Positions 43,501-55,617 are shown, counted from the stretch's first letter. The stretch is 64,000 nt of DNA from Ascoidea asiatica JCM 7603 (GCA_001600695.1 BCKQ01000025.1:20343-84342), one strand, 5' to 3'. The notes: a model not told the origin generated them from the sequence alone. Translations and numbers: made by a program.

Positions 43501-43970
43501 TAATTACTCTTTTTATTTTCATATCATAAAAAAATATACTAATAATAATCTACCAAGCTACAAACATACTTTTCAACTAAAATCTTTATTTCAAAATAAG
43601 GCTGTATATTTTAATTACCACTCAAAATCATTACTAATAACAATTATTCATTAAATTTTTAATAATTTTATTATTAAATTATTCAATTACTGGTTATTCC
43701 TTATTCGTTTTTAATTCATATAATATTCCATTATCAAAACATTCAATAAACTTCAGAATTCAAGAAACTTCAAGTTAAAAAAAACTATATCCCTGAATAT
43801 TATATTCAATTATTTTATTCTTATTAACAAATAACTGTTTATATTTGTAGTTCATCCTTTTTTACTTACCTATTAAATATCTCTTAATTTAATATTTATT
43901 AAGTTCTATTTAATTTAATTATTCGGTTCATTACGAAAATTTAATTTCAACTTTTCTTAAAAAAAAATTA

Positions 43971-44090
43971 CTCAAAACTACTTGAAGTAATTCAAAGCTA
44001 TTCAAAACTACTAAAATAATTCAAAATAATTCAAAATAATTCAAAATAATTCAAAATAATTCAAAATAATTCAAAATAATTCAAAATTAT
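43971..44090 (+). repeat. 10-bp minisatellite (TCAAAATAAT)n with degenerate 5' copies
   Basis: About 7 near-perfect copies at 44011-44090, preceded by diverged units. Confidence 0.9.
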
Positions 44091-44598
44091 CTAATTATAT
44101 TCTCTTATCCTATCATATCTTTTATTAAAATCTATTCCTAAATAATTTAAATAAAAATATTGAATTCTTTCCCCCATATTATACTACATATCTTTTACAT
44201 GAATAATTCTTTAATTGCTTGTTTTTTAATTTTAAGTATTTTATAAATCTTCTATTACTATTTATATATTTAATATCAAATATTTATTCATATTCTAAAA
44301 CTTTTTCTTATATCAATTTATATTCAACCACTATTTATATTCCTGAAAATTTATACACTTCTCATAATTCCTCAAATATCTTATTCAATTAATCAATAAA
44401 TCAATTATTAATTGAAATATTCCTAGAAATTAGTATATATACATTCATATATATATTCATATAAATATAAATGATTATCAAATAATTTCAATTTCAAATC
44501 AATAATTTATTAACCTAAAATTTTATCTATTAATCAATCTATTCAATTAATTAGTTTATTGATTAATAAATAAATAAAATAACTTATATCTTAAAAAA

Positions 44599-47500
44599 AT
44601 GGAAACCGAATTTAATAATCAAAATATCAATCAATCTTTAAATAATAATATAAATAATAATCAAAATGATTTAATATCAAATAATGATAATAACAATAAT
44701 AATTCAACAAATGATTCAATGAAAGAATTAAATAAAGATAATTTCAGTATTGAGTCAAACAAAAGTAATATAAACTCAAGTTCTCCTTCTACTTCAAATA
44801 CAACTCCAACAGATTTTGTCATAGAAAATAATCTCATACACAATAATAATAACAATAATAACGGTAGTATGATAAACCGCGTTAATACTATAGATGATAA
44901 TAATATTAATTCATTTTATAATCATACTCTTAATGAACAAAATAAAGATAATAATACAAATTTTAGCACTGAAAATTCAGATACTACCACTATCACAAAA
45001 ATAGAAAGTAATGACTCAAATTTTTCTTCAAAAAAATTTGCAAGAGTAACAAAACCTTCAACAAAGGATCCATTAAAACCTGCAAAAAAAAAGCAAACTA
45101 CTTCTCCTGATAGATCTCCAGATGATGAAAATTTAATAACCGCCAATACTGTAGACTCTAATACTCTGAATTCTAGTACAAATTCAAATCTAAATTCTAT
45201 TTCAACTTCTCCAGTTTCTAATTCTCAAATAATAACAAATAATCCTCCAATAAAAGGTACTCAACCAATACCTAAAAAATCTGCTGTAATTAAAACTAAT
45301 AAACCAAGACCTCATATTTGTCCTACTTGTACAAGAGCTTTTGCAAGATTAGAACATTTAAAAAGACATGAAAGGTCGCATACAAATGAAAAACCTTTTC
45401 AATGTGCTGCATGTGGAAGATGTTTTGCAAGAAGAGATTTAGTTTTAAGACATCAACAAAAATTACATGCTAGTCTAACTGCAAATACTAATATTCATCC
45501 TGGTGGTTTAAATGGTTTACCTGCCACTGGAAAATCAAGAAGTAGACAAGTTAATCAAAATATAATTGAACATAAAAATAATACTGATAAGATAAAACCA
45601 TTACCTGGTCAATTATCTTTACCTGATTTTCAGAATATCAATTTATTGACAAATAAACCTCAACAACAACCTTCTTTCTTTCATCCAAATCATCCAAATC
45701 ACCCTAATCATCCAAATAACCCAAATCATCCACATCATCAACAAATTCATTCTCATCCAAACCAACCACATCCTCATGGCCCTCCTGTCAATGGTTTACA
45801 CCCTCATCATCAACATCCATCCATGAATATGATAAATTTTTCAAGTGATTTCAATCCAAATTTACCTCCTCATGTACTTCAAAACGGCTCATATATGCAT
45901 CAACCTTACCCACCTCTTCATCCTTCTCACCCTCAAAATCTTCAGAATCCTCAGAATCACCCTCAACATCAACAATTTATGCAAGATCAATCGCAGCAAC
46001 CAAATTCCCAACATCAACCCAATATGCACATGCAACAACAACAGCAAGAATCTCCCTCGACTCTAAATCAAATTCAGGAACGAATTCAGGATCAGGAGCA
46101 GAGGCAAAATTTTAATGACCAAAATCAAATCCAAGGGTCAGTACCAAATTTCAATAATCAGACTCATATGTCAGGCCAGACACCAAATCAAATGCAAAGT
46201 CCGATATCTAATCAAATGTCAAATCAAATACCAAATCAAATGTTTAATCAAACACCTAATACAAACCCAGTACAACAACAGCAACCGCAACAACACAATC
46301 CCTCTCCAAATTCGGGAATGGATATAAATCCATTCAGCGCTTTTCAACATCCACCACCTTTGAACTTCAAAGATCAACAACCCAATCAGACAGGAAACTT
46401 CAATAGTTTCAACAATCAATCTATGGCTCAAACAAAACAAAATAATAATTTAGTATCATCTTCAATAGATAATTCTCCTTTGATATCGGCAGTGCAATCA
46501 CCTCCAAAAAACCTTTTTCAAACTCGTTCGAATTCACGCTCTAATGATCATTCACCAAATGATTCAATATACAATAATAATTTTATGCCAATTTTGAGTC
46601 CAACTTTTAATGCCATGTCTAGATCTGCTACAAACGATTTACAAAAAGTTCCCAGTAATAATTCAACTACTCCTTCAAATCTGATTAATAATAATTTCAA
46701 TCTTACAGAACCTGATTTAATGTCATTAAATATGCTGAAATCCCAATCAGTAAGTCAGTCCTCTTCAATGTCCAATACAAAGAATACTTCGCTAGCAAGA
46801 ACTGCTGCTAAAAATTTACAAAATCAAAAACTCGGTTTAAGTAATAATAATAGTAACAATAGTATATCTGGAAATAATCAAAATATTTCTTCTGGCCAAG
46901 CTTCCAACCAGAACCACAATCATGCATCAAACAGACATCGTCACGCATCCTTTTCTGCTTCTTCAGCTTCTTCTTATACTGTCTTTAAAGATGCAAAGGC
47001 TATAAATTATCTAAGTATTCCCGAAGCACCTAAGCAAGTAGGATTTTCAACACCTCAACTTTCGGCTAGCGAATTAGCTTCAAAAGCAGAAATGTCTGGG
47101 TTAGATTTAGAATCTTTGGGGATTGATTGGTTTAGTTTAGATAGCTTTCAGGATGGGCTTAACGATGATAGTCTATTCGATAATAACATGAAAAATAGGA
47201 ATTCAATAAATGGAGGTGATAATATGACCGAAAGAATAAATGAAGGTGAATCCTATTTGAACAATAATGGATTCTCTTATGAAAACATGCCAAAAGATAA
47301 TGTGTCTCAAGAATTAAGTTATTTCGATCAGAAACATAATTCCGGAAAGCAAACTGGAACTCCAGGAAGTGGAACTCTGTATCATGGTTTAAACCATGAT
47401 TTTCCAAATACTCCTTACGGGTTTAGTTTATTAAACACAAATAATGATGCTAGAAAAAATGGCCAAAAAATGGAGCCAGATATTGAGTTTCCATTATTAC

Positions 47501-49893
47501 AAGAATATTTACATTTGGGAGGAGCTGGTGGTGGAGCTGGATTCGATGATGCAAATTTCAATGACTTTGAATTTTTAAAAGAACTTCAGAATTCGACTCA
47601 GGATATTAATAATGTTAGTTTGGTAGATAAATCTCAAAATCCTATAAAACCTATAGATAATTGGTTAGATGAATTTTTAGCCCCAATGGATATTGATAAT
47701 AAAAAAATTGATATTAATTATGTTGGATTTCCTCCAAATCCTACCAAACGAAAATTCAAAAGAAAATTGGATGATACTGGTCAGGCATTTACTTCAACTA
47801 TACCATCAAATCAAAATGGTGAAATCAATTTTAGTTCAACTTCTGTAAGTCCGGATTCATCATCTCCTGATATTGGTACATTGTTTAGATCAAGACAAGT
47901 TGAATTATTAAATGAACAAAATAATATTCTAACTCAAAGCTTTGATCCACATAATATGAGTCGACATAATTCTTTAAATCCACAGTATCAAGATGGTTTT
48001 CAAATAAAACCTGAAGAATTGTTTCAATATAATTATAATTTATTCGATGAAGAAGCAAGAAATAGTATTTTGATGCTCAATCATCTAAAAGACGATCAAT
48101 TTCCAAGTGTTCAAGAACTTAATAAATATCTCTATCTTTATGGTAAAGAATTTGATCAATATTTTCCATTTGTTCATTTTCCATCATTAAATGCTAAACT
48201 GGATAATATACCATTAATTTTATCTGTAGCAGCAATTGGAGCATTATATTCTTTTCATTCACAAAATTCAATACTTCTTTTTAGTATTGCAAAATTTTAT
48301 ATTCATAGTTTTTTAGAAAGAAATAAGAATTTTAAAAATGATGAAGTTCCTTTATGGCTTATTCAAAGTTTAACATTAAGTATGTTTTTAGGAATATTTA
48401 ATAATGCAAATGCAATTGCAGGTTCAATTTCTAAACAACTTAATTCATTAATTTATCTTGCAAAAAATTGTAATTTACATTTACCATTAGAAAATTTTAT
48501 AACACCACCTCCTGTTCATGGTGGTAATAATAATAATTTTAATTTTTCTCCACAAATAATTAAGAATAATTATGAATATTTTATTTTAGCACAATCAAGA
48601 ATTAGAACAGTTCATTCATTATTATTAATTTCAGTTTTATTTGATTCATTAATTGGTATACCAATAATTTTAAGATCAGAAGATATAAAATGTGGAACAC
48701 CATGTAATTTTGAAAATTTATGGAGATCATCAAATTTTAAACAATGGTTTGAAGTTTTAAAAAAATATAATATAATTATTGATTCAAAATTTTCATTAAT
48801 TCAATTAAGTAGTGGAGAAAGTTTTAGTGATTGTATAAAAGCATTAAATAGACATAATCATATTGAATTATCAAATAAACAATATAGTTCAAAAACATTA
48901 TTAAGTTTATTAATGAGTATTCATGAAAAAATATATTCAGAAAGAGTTGAATTAAATAGTGATAAAAATCTGAGTGGAGAATTAAAAGCAATGAAATGGA
49001 GAATGAATCAAAGACCAATGATTGAATCATTAATTAAAGCTTGGGAAGTTTTATATGTTAAAAATGGAGGAGTTTTAATGCCAAATGAATTTAATATGAA
49101 TATTATCAAAGAACAACCACTTTTAAGATTAATTTTACCAATATTATCATTTGCAAAAATTCGATTATGTGTTCATTTAACACCAATAATTGAAAGTATT
49201 TGGAGAAAAGATTGGGATAATATGCATAATTATCTTAAAGATTTAGGTAATGATATAGAAGCATTAAGAGAAAGTTCAATATTTGCATTAGATATTATTG
49301 AATTATGGATTAGTCAAATTTCAATAATTAATGATGCAGAACAAACATCAGCAAGAACACCAATTTTTTTTATAACATGTACATTTTCAGCAATACTTGT
49401 ATTATCAGAATATATGTTTATTCTTGAAATTGGAGCAAATAATTTTTTAAATAATAAAATTGGTAAAAAAAATTTAATTACAGCTGCAGATACAGCATTA
49501 TTTTTAAGATGTGCAGCAGTTTATAAAAAAGTTGAAAATAATCTTTCACCAAAAGGATTAAATAAAACATTTGCAGAATATTTAAGATTTCAAGCAAAAG
49601 GAGCATTAGATGTTGAAGGACTTGGAGATGAATTACATAATTTAAGTAATGGAAATTTTGATTTTAAATTTTTAATTGAATCAATTAAAGGAGCAAGATT
49701 ATCAACAAGATCACTTTATTTAGGAGTTAGAATTCTTGGAGATGCACCAGTTTGGCCAGCAGCAATGCTTTTTGCAGAAGCTTTAAAAAATAGAGCAATT
49801 TTTATTTCAAAATATGATATTAATTCTAATTCTAATTCTAGTAATAATTCTAATTCTAATTCTTCAAAAGATTTTATTCAAATAAATGAATAG
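44599..49893 (+). CDS. TDA9: C2H2 zinc-finger transcription factor of the Tda9/Rsf2 (Adr1/Mxr1-related) family
   Basis: KTNKPRPHICPTCTRAFARLEHLKRHERSH..CGRCFARRDLVLRHQQKLH; RHASFSAS regulatory motif; fungal TF middle domain; C-terminal SLYLGVRILGDAPVWP. Synteny with STR2/ATP18/MNS1. Confidence 0.85.
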   Translation: METEFNNQNINQSLNNNINNNQNDLISNNDNNNNNSTNDSMKELNKDNFSIESNKSNINSSSPSTSNTTPTDFVIENNLIHNNNNNNNGSMINRVNTIDDNNINSFYNHTLNEQNKDNNTNFSTENSDTTTITKIESNDSNFSSKKFARVTKPSTKDPLKPAKKKQTTSPDRSPDDENLITANTVDSNTLNSSTNSNLNSISTSPVSNSQIITNNPPIKGTQPIPKKSAVIKTNKPRPHICPTCTRAFARLEHLKRHERSHTNEKPFQCAACGRCFARRDLVLRHQQKLHASLTANTNIHPGGLNGLPATGKSRSRQVNQNIIEHKNNTDKIKPLPGQLSLPDFQNINLLTNKPQQQPSFFHPNHPNHPNHPNNPNHPHHQQIHSHPNQPHPHGPPVNGLHPHHQHPSMNMINFSSDFNPNLPPHVLQNGSYMHQPYPPLHPSHPQNLQNPQNHPQHQQFMQDQSQQPNSQHQPNMHMQQQQQESPSTLNQIQERIQDQEQRQNFNDQNQIQGSVPNFNNQTHMSGQTPNQMQSPISNQMSNQIPNQMFNQTPNTNPVQQQQPQQHNPSPNSGMDINPFSAFQHPPPLNFKDQQPNQTGNFNSFNNQSMAQTKQNNNLVSSSIDNSPLISAVQSPPKNLFQTRSNSRSNDHSPNDSIYNNNFMPILSPTFNAMSRSATNDLQKVPSNNSTTPSNLINNNFNLTEPDLMSLNMLKSQSVSQSSSMSNTKNTSLARTAAKNLQNQKLGLSNNNSNNSISGNNQNISSGQASNQNHNHASNRHRHASFSASSASSYTVFKDAKAINYLSIPEAPKQVGFSTPQLSASELASKAEMSGLDLESLGIDWFSLDSFQDGLNDDSLFDNNMKNRNSINGGDNMTERINEGESYLNNNGFSYENMPKDNVSQELSYFDQKHNSGKQTGTPGSGTLYHGLNHDFPNTPYGFSLLNTNNDARKNGQKMEPDIEFPLLQEYLHLGGAGGGAGFDDANFNDFEFLKELQNSTQDINNVSLVDKSQNPIKPIDNWLDEFLAPMDIDNKKIDINYVGFPPNPTKRKFKRKLDDTGQAFTSTIPSNQNGEINFSSTSVSPDSSSPDIGTLFRSRQVELLNEQNNILTQSFDPHNMSRHNSLNPQYQDGFQIKPEELFQYNYNLFDEEARNSILMLNHLKDDQFPSVQELNKYLYLYGKEFDQYFPFVHFPSLNAKLDNIPLILSVAAIGALYSFHSQNSILLFSIAKFYIHSFLERNKNFKNDEVPLWLIQSLTLSMFLGIFNNANAIAGSISKQLNSLIYLAKNCNLHLPLENFITPPPVHGGNNNNFNFSPQIIKNNYEYFILAQSRIRTVHSLLLISVLFDSLIGIPIILRSEDIKCGTPCNFENLWRSSNFKQWFEVLKKYNIIIDSKFSLIQLSSGESFSDCIKALNRHNHIELSNKQYSSKTLLSLLMSIHEKIYSERVELNSDKNLSGELKAMKWRMNQRPMIESLIKAWEVLYVKNGGVLMPNEFNMNIIKEQPLLRLILPILSFAKIRLCVHLTPIIESIWRKDWDNMHNYLKDLGNDIEALRESSIFALDIIELWISQISIINDAEQTSARTPIFFITCTFSAILVLSEYMFILEIGANNFLNNKIGKKNLITAADTALFLRCAAVYKKVENNLSPKGLNKTFAEYLRFQAKGALDVEGLGDELHNLSNGNFDFKFLIESIKGARLSTRSLYLGVRILGDAPVWPAAMLFAEALKNRAIFISKYDINSNSNSSNNSNSNSSKDFIQINE

Positions 49894-50311
49894 TGTATTT
49901 TTTATTTTATAAATTTATAATTATATTTTTTATTTTTTATTTCTTATTTCTCAATTTTCTTTTTAATTTTTATTTAAATGTTTATGATATGTTTAATGAC
50001 CGTTTATTTTTTTTTTTTTTTTCATTCTATCTCAATGTTATTTTTTTTAATCTTTTCTATTCTTATTCTTATTCTTATTTTTTTTATTGTGGTTTTTGTA
50101 TGGTTTAAATAATTTAAAATTTAAAATTAATACAAGTAAAATAAATATTAAAATATAAAAATATTAAAATATAATGAAAAATCATGTAAAAGTCATTAAA
50201 TTAATTAATTAAATTATATATATAAAAGGTATATATATAAAATGATTATATATAAAATGTATATAAATAAGTTATACTATATATATATAATTAAGAAAAA
50301 TGGGTGTTTGA

Positions 50312-50517
50312 TTAATTTTTATTACCACCTGGTGCAGTATAATTTCCTTCACCACTTGGATTACTATAATAAGTTGAACCATTTGAATTTGAATAATAAT
50401 AACCACCATCAGTATTTAATAATGATAAGAAGAACCAACATCATCAGATCTTGAACAATAATGATTACCTTGAGAATTAGTACCTGAACCAGTATATTCG
50501 AAACCATTACCAGACAT
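50312..50517 (-). pseudogene. Small Tyr/Gly/Ser/Asn-rich conserved fungal protein with a 1-nt frameshift (pseudogene or assembly error)
   Basis: MSGNGFEYTGSGTNSQGNHYCSRSDDVGSSYHY then TAA at 50416-50418; the -1 frame continues NTDGGYYYSNSNGSTYYSNPSGEGNYTAPGGNKN*. Restoring one C (TCA) gives a 68-aa protein. Confidence 0.75.
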
Positions 50518-51047
50518 TTTTAAAAAGAGATTTTTAATTGAATTGAAATTGAAATTGAAATTGAATAAGAATTGAATAAGAATTGAATGAGAATTGAGTA
50601 ATTGAGATAATATTCTAAATAAAAAGAGTAATTAACTCGATGATGAGAGAATAAAAGAAGTATTAAAAAGCATTGAAGAAATTGACTAAAAGACTGGAAT
50701 TCAGGGGATATTTATATCATTTTCTCCTCCATTGACCAATCAATATCTTTATTCATTAGTAGTAATAATAGATCAAATCATAATAATCCATCCAGCTTTA
50801 TCAGATAAGAAAACACTTTTTCCATTGACATGAATCTGTTATGAATGAATCAATCAAAGAGAACTTTTCTTGATCGTTTGTGGTTGGTTGTTTTGCAGCT
50901 GGAAACTCGAAGTTGTCGACAGCTGCGAAAGTTTCAGGAGAACCAAGAATTTGGCCCCGGATGGAGACGGGCGTCCGTGTCACCGCTGGCATGGATTAAA
51001 TTATAACAATGATATCCGGTTCCGGTAAAACGGAATAAAATTATCCA

Positions 51048-51058
51048 GGTCATGTGAC
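51048..51058. promoter_or_regulatory. Cbf1-like site (GTCACATGA) upstream of STR2
   Basis: GGTCATGTGAC; Cbf1 (TCACRTG) regulates sulfur-metabolism genes. Confidence 0.45.
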
Positions 51059-51496
51059 GTTGACAGAGTAACGTGTCAAAGTGCGTCTCACACTGCGTTC
51101 ACATCACTTTCTTTGGGTGCCGTCGCTTTTCTTTTTCAGTCACTTTTCAGTCACTTTTCAGTCATTTTTCAGATTTTCACCGAGAACTTCCCAGAAAGCT
51201 GCAATTTCACACTGTCAACACTCTCGGTAGATTAAGACCTGATAAACATGGTGAATATGATAAATATGTTAAATATGTTAAATATGTTAAATAGCTATAA
51301 ATGGTGATAATCATCAATAAATCTTTAGTAAACTTTTTTAATCTATTTCATTTTAAATCATTTCATATTAATATATTTTCATCAAACTCTTTTTTCTATT
51401 GCATTTTCTTTCATTTATTTAGTCTCATAGATCTTCATTAATATTCAATTTACTTATTCAATTAATAAATTAATAAATTAATAAATTTTAAGACTA

Positions 51497-53320
51497 ATGA
51501 CAGATATATCATTACCATCAAAAGAAATTGGATTACCAATTCCAAATATAGATCATGCAGTTTCTGTATCTTTACCAACATGGGAAGCAACAATTGGTTA
51601 TGAAGAAGGTAAAGATTGGGTTGTAAATAAAATGAATTCAGGATATCCAAGATTTTTTATTCATGAAAAAATTAAAAATTTATGTTTAATATTTCTTAAA
51701 AAATATGGTTTAAAAAATGAAAATTGTTTAATTTTTCCATCTTTAAAAATTGCAAAAAATTGTAGAAATTTTATCTTAGAACAATCTGATTCTGATTTAT
51801 TTTTTTTAAAAAAATCAAATTTTAGAATTTTACAATTAATTACAGATTCTCCAAAAAATTTTGATGAAGAAAGTTATAAAATTGAGAAAAAAATTGCAAT
51901 AATTTTTTTCCCAAAAAATGAATATAAATATGCAAAATTATTTTGGCAACATTCTGGTGAAGGTATATCTTCAAGATTAGCAGAATATTGTTTAAAAGAA
52001 TTTTCTGATGATATTGATTATAATAATACTAAAAGTAATATTACTAATAATAATAATAATATTAATATTAATATTAATAATAATTGTAGTGAAGAAGGAA
52101 ATAGATTTATTGAAGAACGATTTGGTAGAAATTTAGATTTTAAATTTGGAGAAGAATCAAGAATAATTTTAAAAAAAAGAATTTCAAATAAATTTAATGA
52201 AATTATTCAAGAAAATAAATTAGATAATAATAATGTAGAAGATAATGAAGATAATGAAGATAATGAAGATGAAGATATTGAAGAAGTGGAAAAATTAGAT
52301 GAAAATGATATTTATTTTTATTCAAGTGGAATGTCTTCAATTTATAATGCACATAATATAATTTTAAATTCAATAAGTTTTGAAAAATCAGTTTTATTTG
52401 GATTTTCATATGTTGATACATTAAATATTTTAAAAAAATTTGGACCTGGAGTTTTATTTTATGGTAATGGTGATGAAGATTCAATAAATGATTTAGAAGA
52501 AAAATTAAAAAAAAAAGAAATAAAAATTAATTCATTATTTTGTGAATGTACATCAAATCCATTATTAAAAACTCCAAATTTAAAAAGATTAAGGAAATTA
52601 AGTTTAAAATTTAATTTTTTAATAATTATTGATGAAACTATTGGAAATTTTTTAAATATAAATATTTTAAAATATTGTGATATTTTAGTTTCATCATTAA
52701 CAAAAATTTTCTCAGGTGATTCAAATGTTATGGGAGGATTATTAATTTTAAATAAGAATAAGAAGAATGAAAAAATTTTTAAAAATTATAAAATTTTAAA
52801 AAATTATTTAAATTTAAATTTTGAAAAAAATAATTTTTGGATTGAAGATTGTTTATATTTAGAAAGAAATTCAAGAGATTTTGAAAAAAGAAATGAGATA
52901 ATAAATTTTAATTGTGAAGAAATTTTAAAAATATTTAAAAATAATTTAAGATTTAAAAATTTAATTTTAAAAATTTATTATCCAAAATTTAATACAAATT
53001 TTACATTAAAAAATTATTTAAAAATTAAAAATAAAAATGGTGGATATGGTGGATTATTTAGTTTAATATTTAAAGAAGTTCAAGATGCAATTTGTTTTTT
53101 TAATGAAATTGAAATTTTTAAAGGACCAAGTTTAGGTACAAATTTTTCATTAGCTTGTCCATATAGTATTTTAGCACATTATTCTGAATTAGATGAAATT
53201 GAAAAATGGGGAGTTGATAGAAATTTAATTAGAATTAGTATTGGATTAGAAGATATTAAAGATTTAAGAAAAAGGTTTATAAAAGCTTTAACAGCAGTTT
53301 TAAATCAACATATTAATTGA
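51497..53320 (+). CDS. STR2: Cystathionine gamma-synthase
   Basis: HAVSVSLPTWEATIGYEEG, GYPRFFIH, WQHSGEGISSRLAE, PLP motif SSLTKIFSGDSNVMGG, KGPSLGTNFSLACPY. Confidence 0.95.
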   Translation: MTDISLPSKEIGLPIPNIDHAVSVSLPTWEATIGYEEGKDWVVNKMNSGYPRFFIHEKIKNLCLIFLKKYGLKNENCLIFPSLKIAKNCRNFILEQSDSDLFFLKKSNFRILQLITDSPKNFDEESYKIEKKIAIIFFPKNEYKYAKLFWQHSGEGISSRLAEYCLKEFSDDIDYNNTKSNITNNNNNINININNNCSEEGNRFIEERFGRNLDFKFGEESRIILKKRISNKFNEIIQENKLDNNNVEDNEDNEDNEDEDIEEVEKLDENDIYFYSSGMSSIYNAHNIILNSISFEKSVLFGFSYVDTLNILKKFGPGVLFYGNGDEDSINDLEEKLKKKEIKINSLFCECTSNPLLKTPNLKRLRKLSLKFNFLIIIDETIGNFLNINILKYCDILVSSLTKIFSGDSNVMGGLLILNKNKKNEKIFKNYKILKNYLNLNFEKNNFWIEDCLYLERNSRDFEKRNEIINFNCEEILKIFKNNLRFKNLILKIYYPKFNTNFTLKNYLKIKNKNGGYGGLFSLIFKEVQDAICFFNEIEIFKGPSLGTNFSLACPYSILAHYSELDEIEKWGVDRNLIRISIGLEDIKDLRKRFIKALTAVLNQHIN

Positions 53321-53394
53321 ATTATTAATTGAATTATTAATTGAATTATTTATTTAACTATTTAATATAATATATTAGGATATTAATGTAATAA

Positions 53395-53653
53395 TTATTT
53401 TTTTGAATTATCACCTTTTGTAAAACGAGGATGTCTTGGATCATTAATAAATTCACTTGTATTCATTGAAGCATCAGCAGCTTTAGAAACTAAGAAAATA
53501 GTTGCAACACCTATTATAATATATAAGTTAGTTAGTTAGTTATTGAATATAAAAAATAAGATTGAAATAAGATTGAAATAAGATAATTAATTACATACCA
53601 CCAATGAAAAATGGCCATAATGGTTTTAAAATTGGAGTTGGAAAGCTAGGCAT
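53395..53653 (-). CDS. ATP18: ATP synthase subunit i/j (exons 53653-53599, 53510-53395; 56 aa)
   Basis: MPSFPTPILKPLWPFFIGGVATIFLVSKAADASMNTSEFINDPRHPRFTKGDNSKK. Intron 53598-53511: GTATGT..AACTAAC..TAG. Not in the ORF track. Confidence 0.95.
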
Positions 53654-54106
53654 TTTGATAGAATGTTATATGTATGTATGTATATATATATATATATATA
53701 TGAATATATTAGTTTAGATATTAAGAATATGAATTGAATAAGATAATATAATATAAATATTTTAGATTATAATATCTTTGTAATTAATGAAATTAATATT
53801 CTGTATAAGTAAAGTATCTCTCTATTAGCTATTAGTTAATATATCTTGGATATATCTTGAATACACCTTTATTTCATAGAGAAAAGAAGGTGAAGCATAA
53901 ACAACGAATGAAAAGTGAGCATTTCACAGAGAAGAAGAAAGTCAGGGTAAGAAGTAAGAAGTAAGAAGTAAGAAGTAAAAGCATGTCAGGTGATCAATGC
54001 ATATACGAGGGGTAAGCCACTAGGTCAAATGCACTGCCACATACTTCTCCATCCACAATTAGAATATCTCAGAACTCAGGACAACAACAACACTACACTA
54101 CACTAC

Positions 54107-54190
54107 ACTCTTCACTCTTCACTCTTCACTCTTCACTCTTCACTCTTCACTCTTCACTCTTCATTTCTTCACTCTTCATTTCTTCATTTC
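54107..54190 (+). repeat. (CTCTTCA)n 7-bp tandem repeat in the ATP18/DAL2 divergent promoter
   Basis: Direct reading. Confidence 0.9.
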
Positions 54191-54206
54191 TTATCTGAGT
54201 CTTATC
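54190..54206 (-). promoter_or_regulatory. Tandem GATAAG (nitrogen catabolite repression, Gln3/Gat1) sites upstream of DAL2
   Basis: CTTATC at 54190-54195 and 54201-54206. Confidence 0.6.
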
Positions 54207-54474
54207 TCAGCCAGACGCGTGACTGGAGCCTTTTTCTGAGACAGACAGCAGCGGACTGCCCGCGGGACGTGCTCCAAGCAGTAATAATCGGCCAACTCTT
54301 CTGAGGTTCCAGCTCCGGCCCTGCTAAATCACATTTTATCGACTTACTCGGCTACTCTCACACTCATATAAATTAAACACATTCTATTCTCTATTCTTAT
54401 TCTTATTCTTATTCTTATTCTTATTCTTATTCTTATTCATCTATTCATTAATCAATCATTAAATTCAATTCAAA

Positions 54475-54847
54475 ATGTCAATAAATTCAGAAATACCAAT
54501 AAAGATATTATCAGAAGATGAATTTAATTTAAAAATTAAAAATAATTATATTGATATAATTAATGAAAAATTAAATAATAAAATTATTAAAATTTCTGAT
54601 GAATTTTTTGCAAATGCAAATAATTTAATTAAATCAACAAATCCAATTCAAGAAAAAAATAAATTTATTCATTCTGGTGCTTGGTATGATGGTTGGGAAA
54701 CAAGAAGACATAATCCAAATGATTATGATTATATTATAATTAAATTAAGTGTTTATTCTACAAAAATTATAGCTACAGAAATTGATACTAGTTTTTTCAA
54801 TGGTAATCATGCTCCAAAAATTTCAATTGAAGGTATTTTTATTCCTG

Positions 54848-54879
<32 letters not shown>

Positions 54880-55617
54880 GATGATAATATTGATTTTAAT
54901 AATGTTAATTGGATTAATATTATTCCAGAAATGAATTGTGGTCCAAGTCAAAAACATTTTTTTTCAAGATTAAATTTATCAAATGAATCTTTTAATTATA
55001 TAAGATTAAGAATGTATCCAGATGGTGGAATTGCAAGATTTAAATTATATGGTAAAGTTATACCAAAAAATATATCTTCATCTTCTTCATCAATAACAAA
55101 TAAAGATACAATTATTAATTTATCTTCAATTTTAAATGGTTCTATAATTACTAAATTTTCAAATCAACATTTTGGTAATGTTAATAATTTATTATTACCT
55201 GGTAGAGGTATTGATATGAGTGATGGTTGGGAAACAAAAAGATCAAGAATTAAAAATCATAAAGATTTTGTAATTATAAAATTATCTAAAATTTCAAATT
55301 TTATTAATCAAATTATTATTGATACTGCTCATTATAGAGGTAATTATCCACAATCTATTGAAATTTATGGTATCTTACATTCCAATAATAAATCAGATAA
55401 TAATAATAATAATAATGACTCAGGTCCAGATATTGATGATAAAAATTGGAAAATTTTAGTTAAAAATTTTAAAACTGGTCCTGATAAAGAACATTACTTT
55501 AATAATATTAATAATCTTTTAATTAATAATAAAAATACTTTAATTTCTCATATTTTATTATATATGATTCCTGATGGTGGTATTAAAAGAGTTAAAGTAT
55601 TTGGTACTACTCCATAA
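54475..55617 (+). CDS. DAL2: Allantoicase
   Basis: Duplicated allantoicase repeats: SDEFFA, WYDGWETRRHN, DTSFFNGNHAP, YPDGGIARF, DGWETKRSR, IPDGGIKRV. Confidence 0.96.

Noticed and set aside
823-52484. Many short antisense or alternate-frame ORFs inside real genes (e.g. 2840-3181, 11591-12124, 29855-31240)
   Set aside because: Shadow ORFs of low-complexity codon repeats.
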